Positions 9,768 to 18,935 of a stretch of DNA of 49,806 nucleotides are shown piece by piece (within the stretch, counting starts at the first letter, position 1; the number at the start of each line of letters is the position of its first letter). Origin of the DNA: Fimbriiglobus sp. (GTDB lineage: Bacteria > Planctomycetota > Planctomycetia > Gemmatales > Gemmataceae). Below the pieces are notes generated by a model, which was not told where the DNA came from, made no database searches, and worked only from the letters and a program-made list of their open reading frames with translations. Where the stretch lies: contig DASSAT010000395.1 in assembly GCA_035699305.1 (NCBI GenBank), forward strand, positions 1 through 49,806. The letters are read 5' to 3'. Position numbers and translations under genes: made by a program.

Positions 9768-10563
9768 CGGCGTACTCCTCCGGCCGGTCGGTCGGGAACG
9801 TCAGCCGGGTCACGGTGCCGGCCGCATGGTACTCCAGCAGGCCGTGCTGGTGGGCGTCGAACAGCAGCCGCTCCACCCCCTCGGTGGGGAGGAAGAACAG
9901 CCCCCAGTCGGGCAGTTCGACCAGCTTGGCCCCGGACGGCTGGTGCTGCTTGAGGTAGAAGGCAACGTAGGCGAACGCCCCCACCGGCAGGTAGGCCGGG
10001 GCGATCTTCTTGTTCACCGCCCCTTTCAGTACCCCGAAGTCCCGCAGGGCCGACAGCACGCCCTGCGCCACCCGGAGGGCCGTGTCCTCGGACCACGGGC
10101 GGGTCGTCTTCCCGGCCCCGACCCACTTCATCAGCGTCCGGTGGACGCCGCCCGGATCGACATCGACCAGCCCTCGGGCCTGCTGGGGGCCGAGGATCTG
10201 GGTCACGACATCGAACAAGAGCCGGTCGGCTCGGGCGGCGTGGAAGTATAGGATGGGGTCGAGGGCGGCGGCGGGGAGGCGGCGCTCGACGAGCCGGACC
10301 AGCGCCCCCGTCACCGCCCCCTCGGCCAGATACCGCTGGCGGAAGATGGCGAGGATGTCCTCGACCCGAGACCGGGACGCCTTCCCGAACACGTTCTCCA
10401 GCCGCAGCCGCCCGAGGTTCTCGTCGGCCGACTGCGCCACGTCCCAGTGGGCCAGCAGGGTCTTGGTGTCGGCGAGCAGCGCCCCGGCCTTGATGATCTT
10501 CGACGAGTAGGGTGCGTCCGGCCGGACCCGTGCCTCCGTGGCCGTCTTCGTGCGGGGTGGCAT
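9742..10563 (-). CDS. brxA: BrxA (DUF1819-like)
   Basis: Start trimmed to MPPRTKTATE (ATG 10563). YSSKIIKAGALLADTKTLLAHW N-terminus. First gene of the BREX operon. 26-nt overlap with brxB. Confidence 0.7.
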   Translation of the reverse strand: MPPRTKTATEARVRPDAPYSSKIIKAGALLADTKTLLAHWDVAQSADENLGRLRLENVFGKASRSRVEDILAIFRQRYLAEGAVTGALVRLVERRLPAAALDPILYFHAARADRLLFDVVTQILGPQQARGLVDVDPGGVHRTLMKWVGAGKTTRPWSEDTALRVAQGVLSALRDFGVLKGAVNKKIAPAYLPVGAFAYVAFYLKQHQPSGAKLVELPDWGLFFLPTEGVERLLFDAHQHGLLEYHAAGTVTRLTFPTDRPEEYADVVAQRPD

Positions 10564-10645
10564 GGTGCGGTCCTCGGCGGCTGCGGCGTCCGTGCCCACG
10601 GTCCCCGAGACCGGTGATCCAGTGGCGCACACCTCGGTTGCGACA

Positions 10646-10673
10646 TTGACAAAATACGCCAACAACCTACGAT
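10646..10673 (+). promoter_or_regulatory. Sigma70-like promoter candidate for the XRE gene
   Basis: TTGACA (10646-10651), 16-nt spacer, TACGAT (10668-10673), about 40 nt upstream of ATG 10712 in the brxA/XRE divergent intergenic region. Confidence 0.3.
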
Positions 10674-10711
10674 TCCGCCGGGCTCGCCGCAAGGTCCGTG
10701 GGGTGTCAGTG

Positions 10712-11074
10712 ATGAGGTTCTCCGAGCGGCTGCGGGAACTGCGACTCGCCAAGAACCTGACCCAGCGGGCGCTCGCCGCCGAGGTCGGGGTGAACTTCAC
10801 GTACCTGTCGAAGATCGAGAACGAGAAGCTCGACTTCGCCGACTACCCGAGCGAGGAGATGATCTGCAAGCTGGCGAAAGCCCTCGACGCCGACGAGGAC
10901 GAACTGCTTCTGCTGGCCGAGAAGATTCCCCGGCACATCCGGCGGCGGGTGCTCCAGCGGCCCGACGCCTTCCGCACGCTCGCTACTCTCGACGACAAGA
11001 CCCTCGACGGCCTTCTTGTCCAACTCGGCGAGACCCCGGCCCCACGGGGCCGGGTAAAGCTGAAGGCCCGATGA
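10712..11074 (+). CDS. XRE-family helix-turn-helix transcriptional regulator
   Basis: MRFSERLRELRLAKNLTQRALAAEVGVNFTYLSKIENEKL is a canonical Cro/C1 HTH. Divergent from brxA. Listed ORF trimmed from 10538. Confidence 0.85.
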   Translation: MRFSERLRELRLAKNLTQRALAAEVGVNFTYLSKIENEKLDFADYPSEEMICKLAKALDADEDELLLLAEKIPRHIRRRVLQRPDAFRTLATLDDKTLDGLLVQLGETPAPRGRVKLKAR

Positions 11075-11153
11075 CGTACTTCCTCGTCCCCGCCCAGCCC
11101 TGAGAACCGGGGGTTCGACGGTCCTGCGAGACCGCCGCCGAGTAGGAGGCTCG

Positions 11154-11921
11154 ATGACGACCATCCATCACATCAACTGCGGGTTCCTCCAGAAGCCGCC
11201 GAACCCCAAGGTGGTCTGCCACTGCCTGCTCCTCGAAGACAAGAACGGCCTCACCCTCGTTGATACCGGCATCGGCCTGCTCGACGTGCAGCGACCCGTG
11301 GAGCGGCTGGGCCGGCAACTCATCGACATGGCCGGGTTCCAGTTCAACGAGGCCGACACCGCCGTCCGACAGGTCGAGCGGCTGGGCTTCCGCCCCGGCG
11401 ACGTGAAACACATCGTCCTGACCCACGGCGACCCCGACCACACGGGCGGGCTGGCCGACTTCCCGCACACCGAGGTGCATGTCTCGGGGGAGGAGCACGC
11501 CAGCGTTGCGGCGGGCCGATGGCGCTACGTGCCGGTCCAGTTCGCCCACGGGCCGAGGTGGAAGCTCTACCCGAAGTCGGTTCGCTCGTGGTTCGGGCTG
11601 GAGGCCCGGCCCGTCGCCCTCGGGTTCGAGTCCGAGGTGCTGCTCGTCCCGCTCTTCGGCCACACGCTCGGCCACTGCGGGGTGGCGGTCCGGCAGGGCG
11701 ACCGCTGGCTGCTGCACGCCGGCGATGCGTACTACCTGCGGGTCGAACTGGCGACCGACGACCACCCGGTTTCGGCGCTGGCCGCACAGCGGGCGGATGA
11801 TGACGCCCAGCGGCGGGCCAGTCTGGAACAGGTCAGGCGGCTCCACCGGGACCACGGAGACGAGATCGACCTGTTCGGCTACCACGACCCGGAGGAGTTC
11901 CCGCAGGCGGGAGGACGATGA
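11154..11921 (+). CDS. MBL-fold metallo-hydrolase
   Basis: 255 aa. HxHxDH-type motif LTHGDPDHTGG plus a later GHTLGH. Confidence 0.8.
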   Translation: MTTIHHINCGFLQKPPNPKVVCHCLLLEDKNGLTLVDTGIGLLDVQRPVERLGRQLIDMAGFQFNEADTAVRQVERLGFRPGDVKHIVLTHGDPDHTGGLADFPHTEVHVSGEEHASVAAGRWRYVPVQFAHGPRWKLYPKSVRSWFGLEARPVALGFESEVLLVPLFGHTLGHCGVAVRQGDRWLLHAGDAYYLRVELATDDHPVSALAAQRADDDAQRRASLEQVRRLHRDHGDEIDLFGYHDPEEFPQAGGR

Positions 11922-12649
11922 AGGCAACGGAAGCCAGAAAGAAGCTGAACGGCCTCGCCTCGCCCGAGGTGGCGGCGGCGTCCGCCCGCTTCTTCAAGAC
12001 CGGGCCGGGTCAGTACGGCGAGGGCGACACCTTCATCGGCGTGCGTGTCCCGGCCCTGCGCAAGCTGGCCCGTGAGTGCCGAGACCTGCCGCTGACGGAG
12101 ATCGAGGCCCTCCTGCACTCCCCGGTCCACGAGGAGCGCCTGCTCGCCTTGCTGGTCCTCGTGCTGGGCGTCGGCAAGTGCGAGGACACCCACCGGAAGG
12201 CCGTCTACGACTTCTACCTGAGCAACACCGGGCACGTGAACAACTGGGATCTGGTGGATAGTTCGGCCCCGGCCATCGTCGGCGGGTATCTCAAGGACAA
12301 GTCCCGCAAGCCCTTGGTCGGGCTGGCGAAGTCGGCCAGCCTTTGGGACCGGCGGATTGCGATTGTCGCCACGCAGCACTTCATCCGCCTCGGCGAGTTC
12401 GACGACACGCTGGCCATCAGCCGCCTGCTGCTCGCCGACAGGGAGGATCTCATCCACAAGGCCACCGGCTGGATGTTGCGGGAGGTCGGGGACCGGGACG
12501 AGGCGGCACTGGAGGCGTTTCTGGACGAACACGGGCCGATCATGCCCCGGACGATGCTGCGGTACGCCATCGAGCACTTCCCGCCCGAAAGGCGGCTGGG
12601 CTACCTCGGGGCTGGGCGTCCGGGACAGAACAAGCGTGGGGTGCAGTAG
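11918..12649 (+). CDS. DNA alkylation repair protein (AlkD-like HEAT repeat family)
   Basis: 243 aa. ARFFKTGPGQYGEGDTFIGVRVPALRKLA ... NNWDLVDSSAP ... KATGWMLREVG are family hallmarks. ATGA overlap with the preceding gene. Confidence 0.8.
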   Translation: MKATEARKKLNGLASPEVAAASARFFKTGPGQYGEGDTFIGVRVPALRKLARECRDLPLTEIEALLHSPVHEERLLALLVLVLGVGKCEDTHRKAVYDFYLSNTGHVNNWDLVDSSAPAIVGGYLKDKSRKPLVGLAKSASLWDRRIAIVATQHFIRLGEFDDTLAISRLLLADREDLIHKATGWMLREVGDRDEAALEAFLDEHGPIMPRTMLRYAIEHFPPERRLGYLGAGRPGQNKRGVQ

Positions 12650-12979
12650 ATGGCCTACGATGAAGACATCGCCGAACGCATCCGCCACAGCCTCGCCCGC
12701 CGCAAGAACGTCGAGGAGAAGAAGATGTTCGGCGGGATCGGCTTCCTGCTCAACGGCAACATGCTCGTGGGCGTCTGGAAGGACTCCCTCATCGCCCGTG
12801 TCGGCCCGGACGGGTACGAGGACGCCCTGCTCGAACCACACGTCAAGGAGTTCGACATCACCGGCAGGCCGATGAAGGGCTGGGTGCTGGTCGGGCAGGA
12901 GGGCGTGGAGGAGGACGAACAGTTGAGCGAGTGGATTCAGCGTGCTCTGGAGTTCGTCGGGACGCTGCCTGCGAAGTGA
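12650..12979 (+). CDS. TfoX N-terminal domain protein
   Basis: 109 aa. KKMFGGIGFLLNGNMLVGVWKDSLIARV. Confidence 0.7.
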   Translation: MAYDEDIAERIRHSLARRKNVEEKKMFGGIGFLLNGNMLVGVWKDSLIARVGPDGYEDALLEPHVKEFDITGRPMKGWVLVGQEGVEEDEQLSEWIQRALEFVGTLPAK

Positions 12980-13076
12980 CGGGTGGGAGCACGGCTGGCT
13001 TCCAGAAGATCACCCCGGACCTGAAAGGGGCCGACCTCCGGCGGGCGGTCGAGTTCGACACGAACCGGAGGGCTCC

Positions 13077-13691
13077 GTGGGGTTCTACACGCAGGTCGTC
13101 TTCCCACGCCTCTGCGACCTCCTCCTGAACAGGCCGCTCGTGGCTCGCCACCGCCGAGAGCTTCTCGCACACGCCTCCGGGGACGTTCTGGAGATCGGCT
13201 TCGGCACTGGCTTGAACCTGCCCCACTACCCGGAGGGCGTGCGCAAGCTCACGACCGTCGATCCGAACGCCGGGATGGACTCGCTGGCCCGCAGGCGGAT
13301 CAAGAAATCGAAGGTCGAGGTGGACCAGCGGGTGCTGAGCGGCGAGCGACTCCCGTTCGACACCGGCACGTTCGATTGCGTCGTCAGCACCTTTGCGCTG
13401 TGCAGCATCGCCAAGGTCGGTGAAGCGCTGGCCGAGGTGTACCGTGTGCTCAGGCCGGGGGGCCGGTTCCTGTTTCTGGAGCACGGCCTCAGCCCGGAGC
13501 CGACCGTCCAAAAGTGGCAGCGTCGGCTGAACCGACTTGAGATGTGGCTGGCCGATGGCTGTCGGCTGGACCGGGACATCCGGGGCCTCGTGACCGCCCA
13601 GCCGTTTTCGTTGGAACGGATGGATCAGTTCTACATGGGCGGCTTCCCCAAAACGCACGGCTTCATGACTCGTGGGATCGCCACGAAGTAA
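13077..13691 (+). CDS. Class I SAM-dependent methyltransferase
   Basis: Start set to GTG 13077, with GGAG 6 nt upstream. SAM motif VLEIGFGTGLN. The listed ORF start at 12942 overlaps the previous gene. Confidence 0.75.
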   Translation: MGFYTQVVFPRLCDLLLNRPLVARHRRELLAHASGDVLEIGFGTGLNLPHYPEGVRKLTTVDPNAGMDSLARRRIKKSKVEVDQRVLSGERLPFDTGTFDCVVSTFALCSIAKVGEALAEVYRVLRPGGRFLFLEHGLSPEPTVQKWQRRLNRLEMWLADGCRLDRDIRGLVTAQPFSLERMDQFYMGGFPKTHGFMTRGIATK

Positions 13692-13754
13692 GCGACCAGA
13701 CGACCGGGCGATGATCGACGGTCAGAGCCCGGAGGCGACCGAGAAGGGACACGA

Positions 13755-14249
13755 ATGAAGCCGATCACCTTCTCCTGTACCGACACGCTGTCCCTTACCC
13801 CCGAGGACATCGCCCGGCAGATCCTCGACCTCGCCAACTGGACCGACTTCACCGGCTACGGCCCCTTACCGGGCATCAAGGCCGCTGAGTTCGAGGTCCG
13901 CACGCCCGCAGTCGTCGGCACCCGGATCAGGGTCACGAACACGGACGGGTCGAGCCACGTCGAGGAGGTCGTCGAGTGGGAGCCCGACCGCCGCCTGCGG
14001 CTCGACATGACGGACTTCTCGCCGCCCTTGTCCCGCTTGGCGACCGGCTTCGTCGAGACGTGGGAGTTTGAACGCCTCGGCGACGGCACCCGAGTCATTC
14101 GCTCGTTCGAGATGCACGCCAAGTCCGTCCTCGCCCGGCCCGTCCTCTGGCTGGTCTCGTTCCTGCTCAAGCGGGCCGTCGCCCGGCACCTTCGACAGAT
14201 GCGGGGGAAGGAAGGTGCCATCGAAGGTTCAACCGCCGGAAGCGGCTGA
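13755..14249 (+). CDS. SRPBCC (START/polyketide-cyclase-like) family protein
   Basis: 164 aa. The size and beta-rich pattern (RIRVTNTDGSSHVEEVVEWEPDRRLRLDM) are typical of the family. Confidence 0.6.
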   Translation: MKPITFSCTDTLSLTPEDIARQILDLANWTDFTGYGPLPGIKAAEFEVRTPAVVGTRIRVTNTDGSSHVEEVVEWEPDRRLRLDMTDFSPPLSRLATGFVETWEFERLGDGTRVIRSFEMHAKSVLARPVLWLVSFLLKRAVARHLRQMRGKEGAIEGSTAGSG

Positions 14250-14690
14250 CCCGGAGGGCCGGTACTGCACCAGATCCCACTTGTTGCCGTACAGGTCGAG
14301 GAAGACGGCGACGGTGCCGTACTCCTCCTCCCTTGGCTCCTCCGTGAAGCGCACGCCACCGGCCTTCATGTCGTGGTAGTCCCGCCAGAAGTCGTCCGTC
14401 TGGAGGAACAGGAACACACGGCCCCCGGTCTGGTCGCCGACCCGTGTGGCCTGCTCCGGGTTGGCTGCTTTCGCCAGCAGGATCGCCGTGCCGCCACCGG
14501 GCGGGCGGACGATCACCCAACGCTTGCCGGGGGAAAGGGCGGTGTCGTCCACCACGGCGAACCGCAGGCGGTGGGTGAAGAAGAGGATCGCCTCGTCGTA
14601 GTCGTGGACGACGAGGGCGACGGCCGAGATCGACTGAACCACGCTGGTATCCTCCGGCCCTGCTGCGGCGGGGAGTGCCGTCCACTTCAT
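14229..14690 (-). CDS. VOC (glyoxalase/bleomycin-resistance) family protein
   Basis: Start trimmed to MKWTAL (ATG 14690). The VFLFLQTDDFWRDYHDMKAGGVRFTEEPREEEYGTVAVFLDLYGNKWDL C-terminus is typical. Confidence 0.75.
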   Translation of the reverse strand: MKWTALPAAAGPEDTSVVQSISAVALVVHDYDEAILFFTHRLRFAVVDDTALSPGKRWVIVRPPGGGTAILLAKAANPEQATRVGDQTGGRVFLFLQTDDFWRDYHDMKAGGVRFTEEPREEEYGTVAVFLDLYGNKWDLVQYRPSGSAASGG

Positions 14691-15523
14691 TCTGCGACGA
14701 GCAGTTCGACCGCCTCCTTCACCCACCCGCTGTGCCAGTCGTGCTTCCGGGCGGGGCCGTCCCGGTACTCGTGGGCGACCTTCAGCTTGTCCATCAGGGC
14801 GTGGGCCTTCTGGTGCTCGGCCCGGAAGTTCCCGTACCCGAGCAGGATCAACCGCTTCCCCTTCTGGAGCTTGTCCGCCTTGCCCTCCAGCAACTTGCCC
14901 ACCCGGTAGCCCTCGAAGTTGGCGTCCGTGCCGAAGATGTCGCCGCTGCCGTACTTGCCGGGCTTGTCCATCATCAGCGGGGCGTCCCAAGCGGCGGCTT
15001 TGCCGAACCGGTCCGGGTGGCGCAGCAGCAGCGACCACGCCCCCCAACCCGACTTGCTGAACCCGAGCAGCAGCCGCCCGTTGGCCTCGGCCTGCACGGG
15101 GTAGGTCTTGTCGATGAACGGGACCACCACCTTGAGGAAGTAGCCATCTTGGCGGACCTCGGGGTCGGTCGGGTGGTCGGCGTACCACGGCAGGTGGGAG
15201 AACGTCGGGGCCACGAACACCGCCCCGAGCGTGTTGTGCAGGTCGAGCTTCTTGACCTCCTTCAGCCCGTCACCGTACCGGCTTTCGGTCCCGGCCTCGA
15301 CCGGCAGCACGTAGACCACCGGGTACTGCTTCCCTTTCTCCAGTTTCTCGGGACGCAGTACCCGGATCTGGGTGGTCTTCGCTTGAAACGGCGACCGGAC
15401 CTCGTGGACGAGGAATCCGTTGTCGTCGTTCTTGGCCTCGGAGATCGTCACGGTCTCATCGGCTCGCACGGTCTGGACGGCGAGTAGGGCCACGGTCAGG
15501 CCGATGCCGGTCGCTCTGTTCAC
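14687..15523 (-). CDS. Secreted esterase-family alpha/beta hydrolase
   Basis: 278 aa. N-terminal signal-like MNRATGIGLTVALLAVQTVRA. Nucleophile elbow GFSKSGWGA. Confidence 0.7.
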   Translation of the reverse strand: MNRATGIGLTVALLAVQTVRADETVTISEAKNDDNGFLVHEVRSPFQAKTTQIRVLRPEKLEKGKQYPVVYVLPVEAGTESRYGDGLKEVKKLDLHNTLGAVFVAPTFSHLPWYADHPTDPEVRQDGYFLKVVVPFIDKTYPVQAEANGRLLLGFSKSGWGAWSLLLRHPDRFGKAAAWDAPLMMDKPGKYGSGDIFGTDANFEGYRVGKLLEGKADKLQKGKRLILLGYGNFRAEHQKAHALMDKLKVAHEYRDGPARKHDWHSGWVKEAVELLVAE

Positions 15524-15774
15524 GGGTCGTCCTCCTCGGGCACGGCCACGAACCCCTCACCGGCCCGCACGATGATCGGCTCGGGCAGGTCCACCCAGCC
15601 GCCGTCGCCGACCGTCGCCGTGGCGATCAGGCCCAGCCGCTCGTTGGTTGCGGGGTCGAGCTTGAAGACCGAGACTCGCCGCCCAGCTTCGACGCCTTCG
15701 AGGTGGAAGCGGGAGATGATCCGGTCGTCGGCGAAGCGGAAGGTGAAGTGCGGGTCACGGTGGAGCGGGATCAT
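15520..15774 (-). CDS. Hypothetical protein (84 aa)
   Basis: Non-biased composition. 4-nt overlaps with both neighbours in the operon. Confidence 0.5.
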   Translation of the reverse strand: MIPLHRDPHFTFRFADDRIISRFHLEGVEAGRRVSVFKLDPATNERLGLIATATVGDGGWVDLPEPIIVRAGEGFVAVPEEDDP

Positions 15775-16886
15775 CCCTTACCTTCCTCGTCGTCTAAGCC
15801 ACACCGGGCGCTCACCCCCGTCAGCACGAGGACGGCCTCCTCGCACTCCGGGTAGCGGTCGGTGGCGGGCGACACCTGCACCCGCTCGACGACGAACCCG
15901 CACTTCTGAAGTACCCGGAGCGATGCGCCGTTGCTGGTCGCCACGTGAGCGTACAGCGGGCGGGTGGGGACTTCGAGCAGCAACAGTTCCAAGGCTCGGG
16001 AGGCGATCCCCTTGCCCCAGTGCTCCCGGCTGACCCAGTACCCGACGTTGGCCTGCCCGTCTCGCTGGAAGCAGGAGACATTTCCGACCATCTTCTCGCC
16101 CAACAGGATTGCCTTTGCCGTCACGCTCGGGTCTCGCAGGACATGAGCCCAGTGCGCCTCGAACGCCTCGGCGCTGCGGGGGATCGTCTCCGCCAAGCGG
16201 TTCGACTCCGGGTCGAGTTGCATCTCGTACATTTGGGGCAGGTCGTCCCGCTCGACGTTGCGGAGCCGAACGAGGCCGCTCGCAGTCGGGTCGTCTTTCT
16301 CCATCTTTTGGGCGACGAGGTAGACGTGAAGCTCGGGGTGCTGGTCGTATTCGAGGTGGCGGCAGGTGCAGCCCGCTTGGGCGAGGACTTGCAGGGTCTT
16401 GGGGATGCCGAGCGTGGCGTGGTACATCGGCGGTCCCATGCACGAGTCCTGCTTCTCCGAGGGCGCATTTGTGCCGCCTGTGGTGAAGACGAGTGCTCCT
16501 CCCGCCGCCAGCCCCCGGCACAGCTTCGTCAGGACCGCTTCCTGTTGGCCCAGCGGCACGTGCCACACGCTGTCCCATGCTACGATCAGGTCATACGACC
16601 GGGGCAAATCCCACCGGCATATGTCGGCGTGGAACAGCCGGGCCTCCGGGTGGCGGTCCCGTGCGAGGCCGATCATCGCCGTGGACAGGTCGATGCCGTC
16701 CGTGCGGAAGCCGTGCTTGCTCAACAACCCCAGCAATCGACCCGTGCCGCAGCCCACGTCCAGCGCAACGCCCTTGTGCTTGACGAAGGCGATGGCCCGC
16801 TCGACCTGCACGAACCCGTAGGTCGAGACATCGAGCCATTGACCGGCGATCTGGTCGTAGCTGGCGGCGACTTGTTCGGGGGTCAT
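15771..16886 (-). CDS. Fusion of a SAM-dependent methyltransferase and a GNAT N-acetyltransferase
   Basis: Start trimmed to MTPEQVAASYDQ (ATG 16886), 2 nt after the DinB stop. The N-terminal half has ALDVGCGTGRLLGLL. The C-terminal half has GYWVSREHWGKGIASRALELLL, an acetyl-CoA motif. Confidence 0.75.
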   Translation of the reverse strand: MTPEQVAASYDQIAGQWLDVSTYGFVQVERAIAFVKHKGVALDVGCGTGRLLGLLSKHGFRTDGIDLSTAMIGLARDRHPEARLFHADICRWDLPRSYDLIVAWDSVWHVPLGQQEAVLTKLCRGLAAGGALVFTTGGTNAPSEKQDSCMGPPMYHATLGIPKTLQVLAQAGCTCRHLEYDQHPELHVYLVAQKMEKDDPTASGLVRLRNVERDDLPQMYEMQLDPESNRLAETIPRSAEAFEAHWAHVLRDPSVTAKAILLGEKMVGNVSCFQRDGQANVGYWVSREHWGKGIASRALELLLLEVPTRPLYAHVATSNGASLRVLQKCGFVVERVQVSPATDRYPECEEAVLVLTGVSARCGLDDEEGKG

Positions 16887-16888
16887 GC

Positions 16889-17416
16889 TCACGGCCGGCC
16901 CGCCCCCAGCGCCGCACGCTTCTCGGCAATGAAGGGCAGGTGGTGCCGCAGGTGCCGCACCGCCTGCAACACCAGTTGCCGGAGGGTGACGAGGCCGGAC
17001 TGGCTGTGGACGGCGGTGCGGGTCCACGCCTCGGGCGGCTGCGCCCGCAGGATGCGGGCGGCGTGCTGCCGCAGGGCCGTGAACAGGGCCAGTTGCTCGT
17101 CGAGGTCGAACCCCTGATAGTCCAGCCGCTCGATGTACAGCTTCTCGTCCGCACTCATCAGGAGCGGGCGGTCCATCGCAACCGTCCGCACGATCCGGTC
17201 GGTGAAGAAGACCTCGGTGTCGGCGAGATGGCCGACGCACTCCACCGTGCTCCACCTGCCGGGGACGGGCCGGGCGAGCACCTGCTCCCTCGTCATCCCC
17301 GCCACAGCGGATCGCAGGTCGGCGATCCCCTGCTCGTAGGCGGCGATCAACTCGGCAGCGCCGAGCGTCCCGTCATCCCCTTGCATCATCGCCATGTACT
17401 CGGACTGCTGCATCAC
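16889..17416 (-). CDS. DinB-family protein
   Basis: 175 aa. WSTVECVGHLADTEVFF and the C-terminal HLRHH histidines are typical of the DinB_2 four-helix bundle. Confidence 0.8.
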   Translation of the reverse strand: MMQQSEYMAMMQGDDGTLGAAELIAAYEQGIADLRSAVAGMTREQVLARPVPGRWSTVECVGHLADTEVFFTDRIVRTVAMDRPLLMSADEKLYIERLDYQGFDLDEQLALFTALRQHAARILRAQPPEAWTRTAVHSQSGLVTLRQLVLQAVRHLRHHLPFIAEKRAALGAGRP

Positions 17417-18882
17417 CGGCCGTCCTTCGGGAGTTCGTACTCGTAGTGGAGGAACGCCGTGTCCCGCCGCCAGCCGTCCCGCTCGTAGAGGGCGTGCGCC
17501 TTGGCGTTCGTGACCGCCGTGGACAGGGCAAGCCGGGCAGCGCCCGTCCGCAAGGCGTGGTCACGGGCGGCACCCAGCAGCCGAGCCCCGACGCCCCGGC
17601 CCCGTGAGTCCTCGGCCACGAACAGGTCGTTCAAGATCCAGATCGGCCTCATCGACACGGACGAGAAGGAGGGGTAAAGCTGCGTGAAGCCCAGCGCCCG
17701 CCCGCCCTCGACCACGGCGAGGATCACCGACTCACCCCGGCCCAGCCGCTCGGCCAAGAACCGGCGTGCCCCGTCCGGGTCAGATGGCTGGCCGTAGAAC
17801 TGCCGGTAGGCATCGAACAGCGGGGCGACGAGATCGGCCTGTTCCCCGGTGAGCCGAAGCGTGACAAGGTGATGGCCTGCCGCCTCCTCGGGCGACCCGT
17901 CCAGCCGCTTGCGGAAGTGGACGAGGCGTCCCGACTCCTCGAAGCCGAGCGCCTTGTGTGCCTCGTGACTGACGGCATTCTCAAGGAGGGCGTCGGACGC
18001 CACCTCCCTGCACCCGTGAGCCGCCGCCCACTCCTCTGCCGCCTTCACCAGCTTCCGGCCGACCCCCCGCCTCCTCATGTCCGGGTCCACGAACCACCCT
18101 TCCACGTAGCCCACGGGCCGGGTCGTGCAGTCCTCGGCGAACGGGCGGATCGACGCCTCGACGAACCCGCACAGGCCACCGGCCGGTCGCTCGGCGACAA
18201 GCACCTTCCACGGCAGCAACGACTCCGACGAGCGGAACGTGCCGGTAGCGAAGAACGCATCCACGTCGTCGCCGTGCCCGGCCCCGCCGTCGTCCGGCCA
18301 GAGGGCGGTCCGCATCCGCACCCACTCGGCCCGGTCCGGCCGGTAGACGGGGCGGACCTGCACCCCGGCCCCGAACGGCGGGGGGTAGCGGACCCACCCG
18401 ATCACTCCGCCCAGCGACCCCGGCACCAACTCCAGCGCCATCCACGCCTCGCCCCCGTGGAACGGGTTTGAGAGTGTCTCGGCCAGTTTTGGAGAGAAGC
18501 CGAACCGGGGGTAGAAGTCCGGGTGGCCCAGAACAACGACGATGCAGCGCCCTTGGTCCCGGCACGCCTCCAGCCCCTTCTCGACCAGTGCCGAGCCGAT
18601 GCCCCGCCGCTGGAACTCGGGCAGGACCGCCATCGGGGCCAGCGACAGGGCCGGGACGGTGCCACCGTGCGTTAGGATCGGCACCTCGCTGAACAGGATG
18701 TGGCCGACGACCCGGCCAGCGACCTCGGCGACGAGCGACACCCGGACGTAGCCGCCGGTGCGCAGGGCCTCGACGATCCCGGCCTCATCGTCCTGCCCGA
18801 AGGCGAGCCGATTGACCTGCCGGACGGCCTCGTGGTCGGCGGGGGTTTCGTGGCGGATCGTCGGCGTCATGGGTTCGTCCAC
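17413..18882 (-). CDS. Triple GNAT N-acetyltransferase fusion protein
   Basis: 489 aa with three successive acetyl-CoA motifs: FQRRGIGSALV, DMRRRGVGRKLV, DSRGRGVGARLL. The middle domain is AAC(6')-like by eye. Confidence 0.75.
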   Translation of the reverse strand: MDEPMTPTIRHETPADHEAVRQVNRLAFGQDDEAGIVEALRTGGYVRVSLVAEVAGRVVGHILFSEVPILTHGGTVPALSLAPMAVLPEFQRRGIGSALVEKGLEACRDQGRCIVVVLGHPDFYPRFGFSPKLAETLSNPFHGGEAWMALELVPGSLGGVIGWVRYPPPFGAGVQVRPVYRPDRAEWVRMRTALWPDDGGAGHGDDVDAFFATGTFRSSESLLPWKVLVAERPAGGLCGFVEASIRPFAEDCTTRPVGYVEGWFVDPDMRRRGVGRKLVKAAEEWAAAHGCREVASDALLENAVSHEAHKALGFEESGRLVHFRKRLDGSPEEAAGHHLVTLRLTGEQADLVAPLFDAYRQFYGQPSDPDGARRFLAERLGRGESVILAVVEGGRALGFTQLYPSFSSVSMRPIWILNDLFVAEDSRGRGVGARLLGAARDHALRTGAARLALSTAVTNAKAHALYERDGWRRDTAFLHYEYELPKDGR

Positions 18883-18935
18883 CCGGCACCTCCCCGTGCC
18901 GGCACCTCAACGAGTCGATCCGGCCTGACGGGTCG

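Noticed and set aside
11154-14249. MBL hydrolase, AlkD-like, TfoX-N, methyltransferase and SRPBCC genes as a functional system linked to BREX
   Set aside because: These are heterogeneous housekeeping or repair-type genes with no known functional link. Only adjacency supports a connection.
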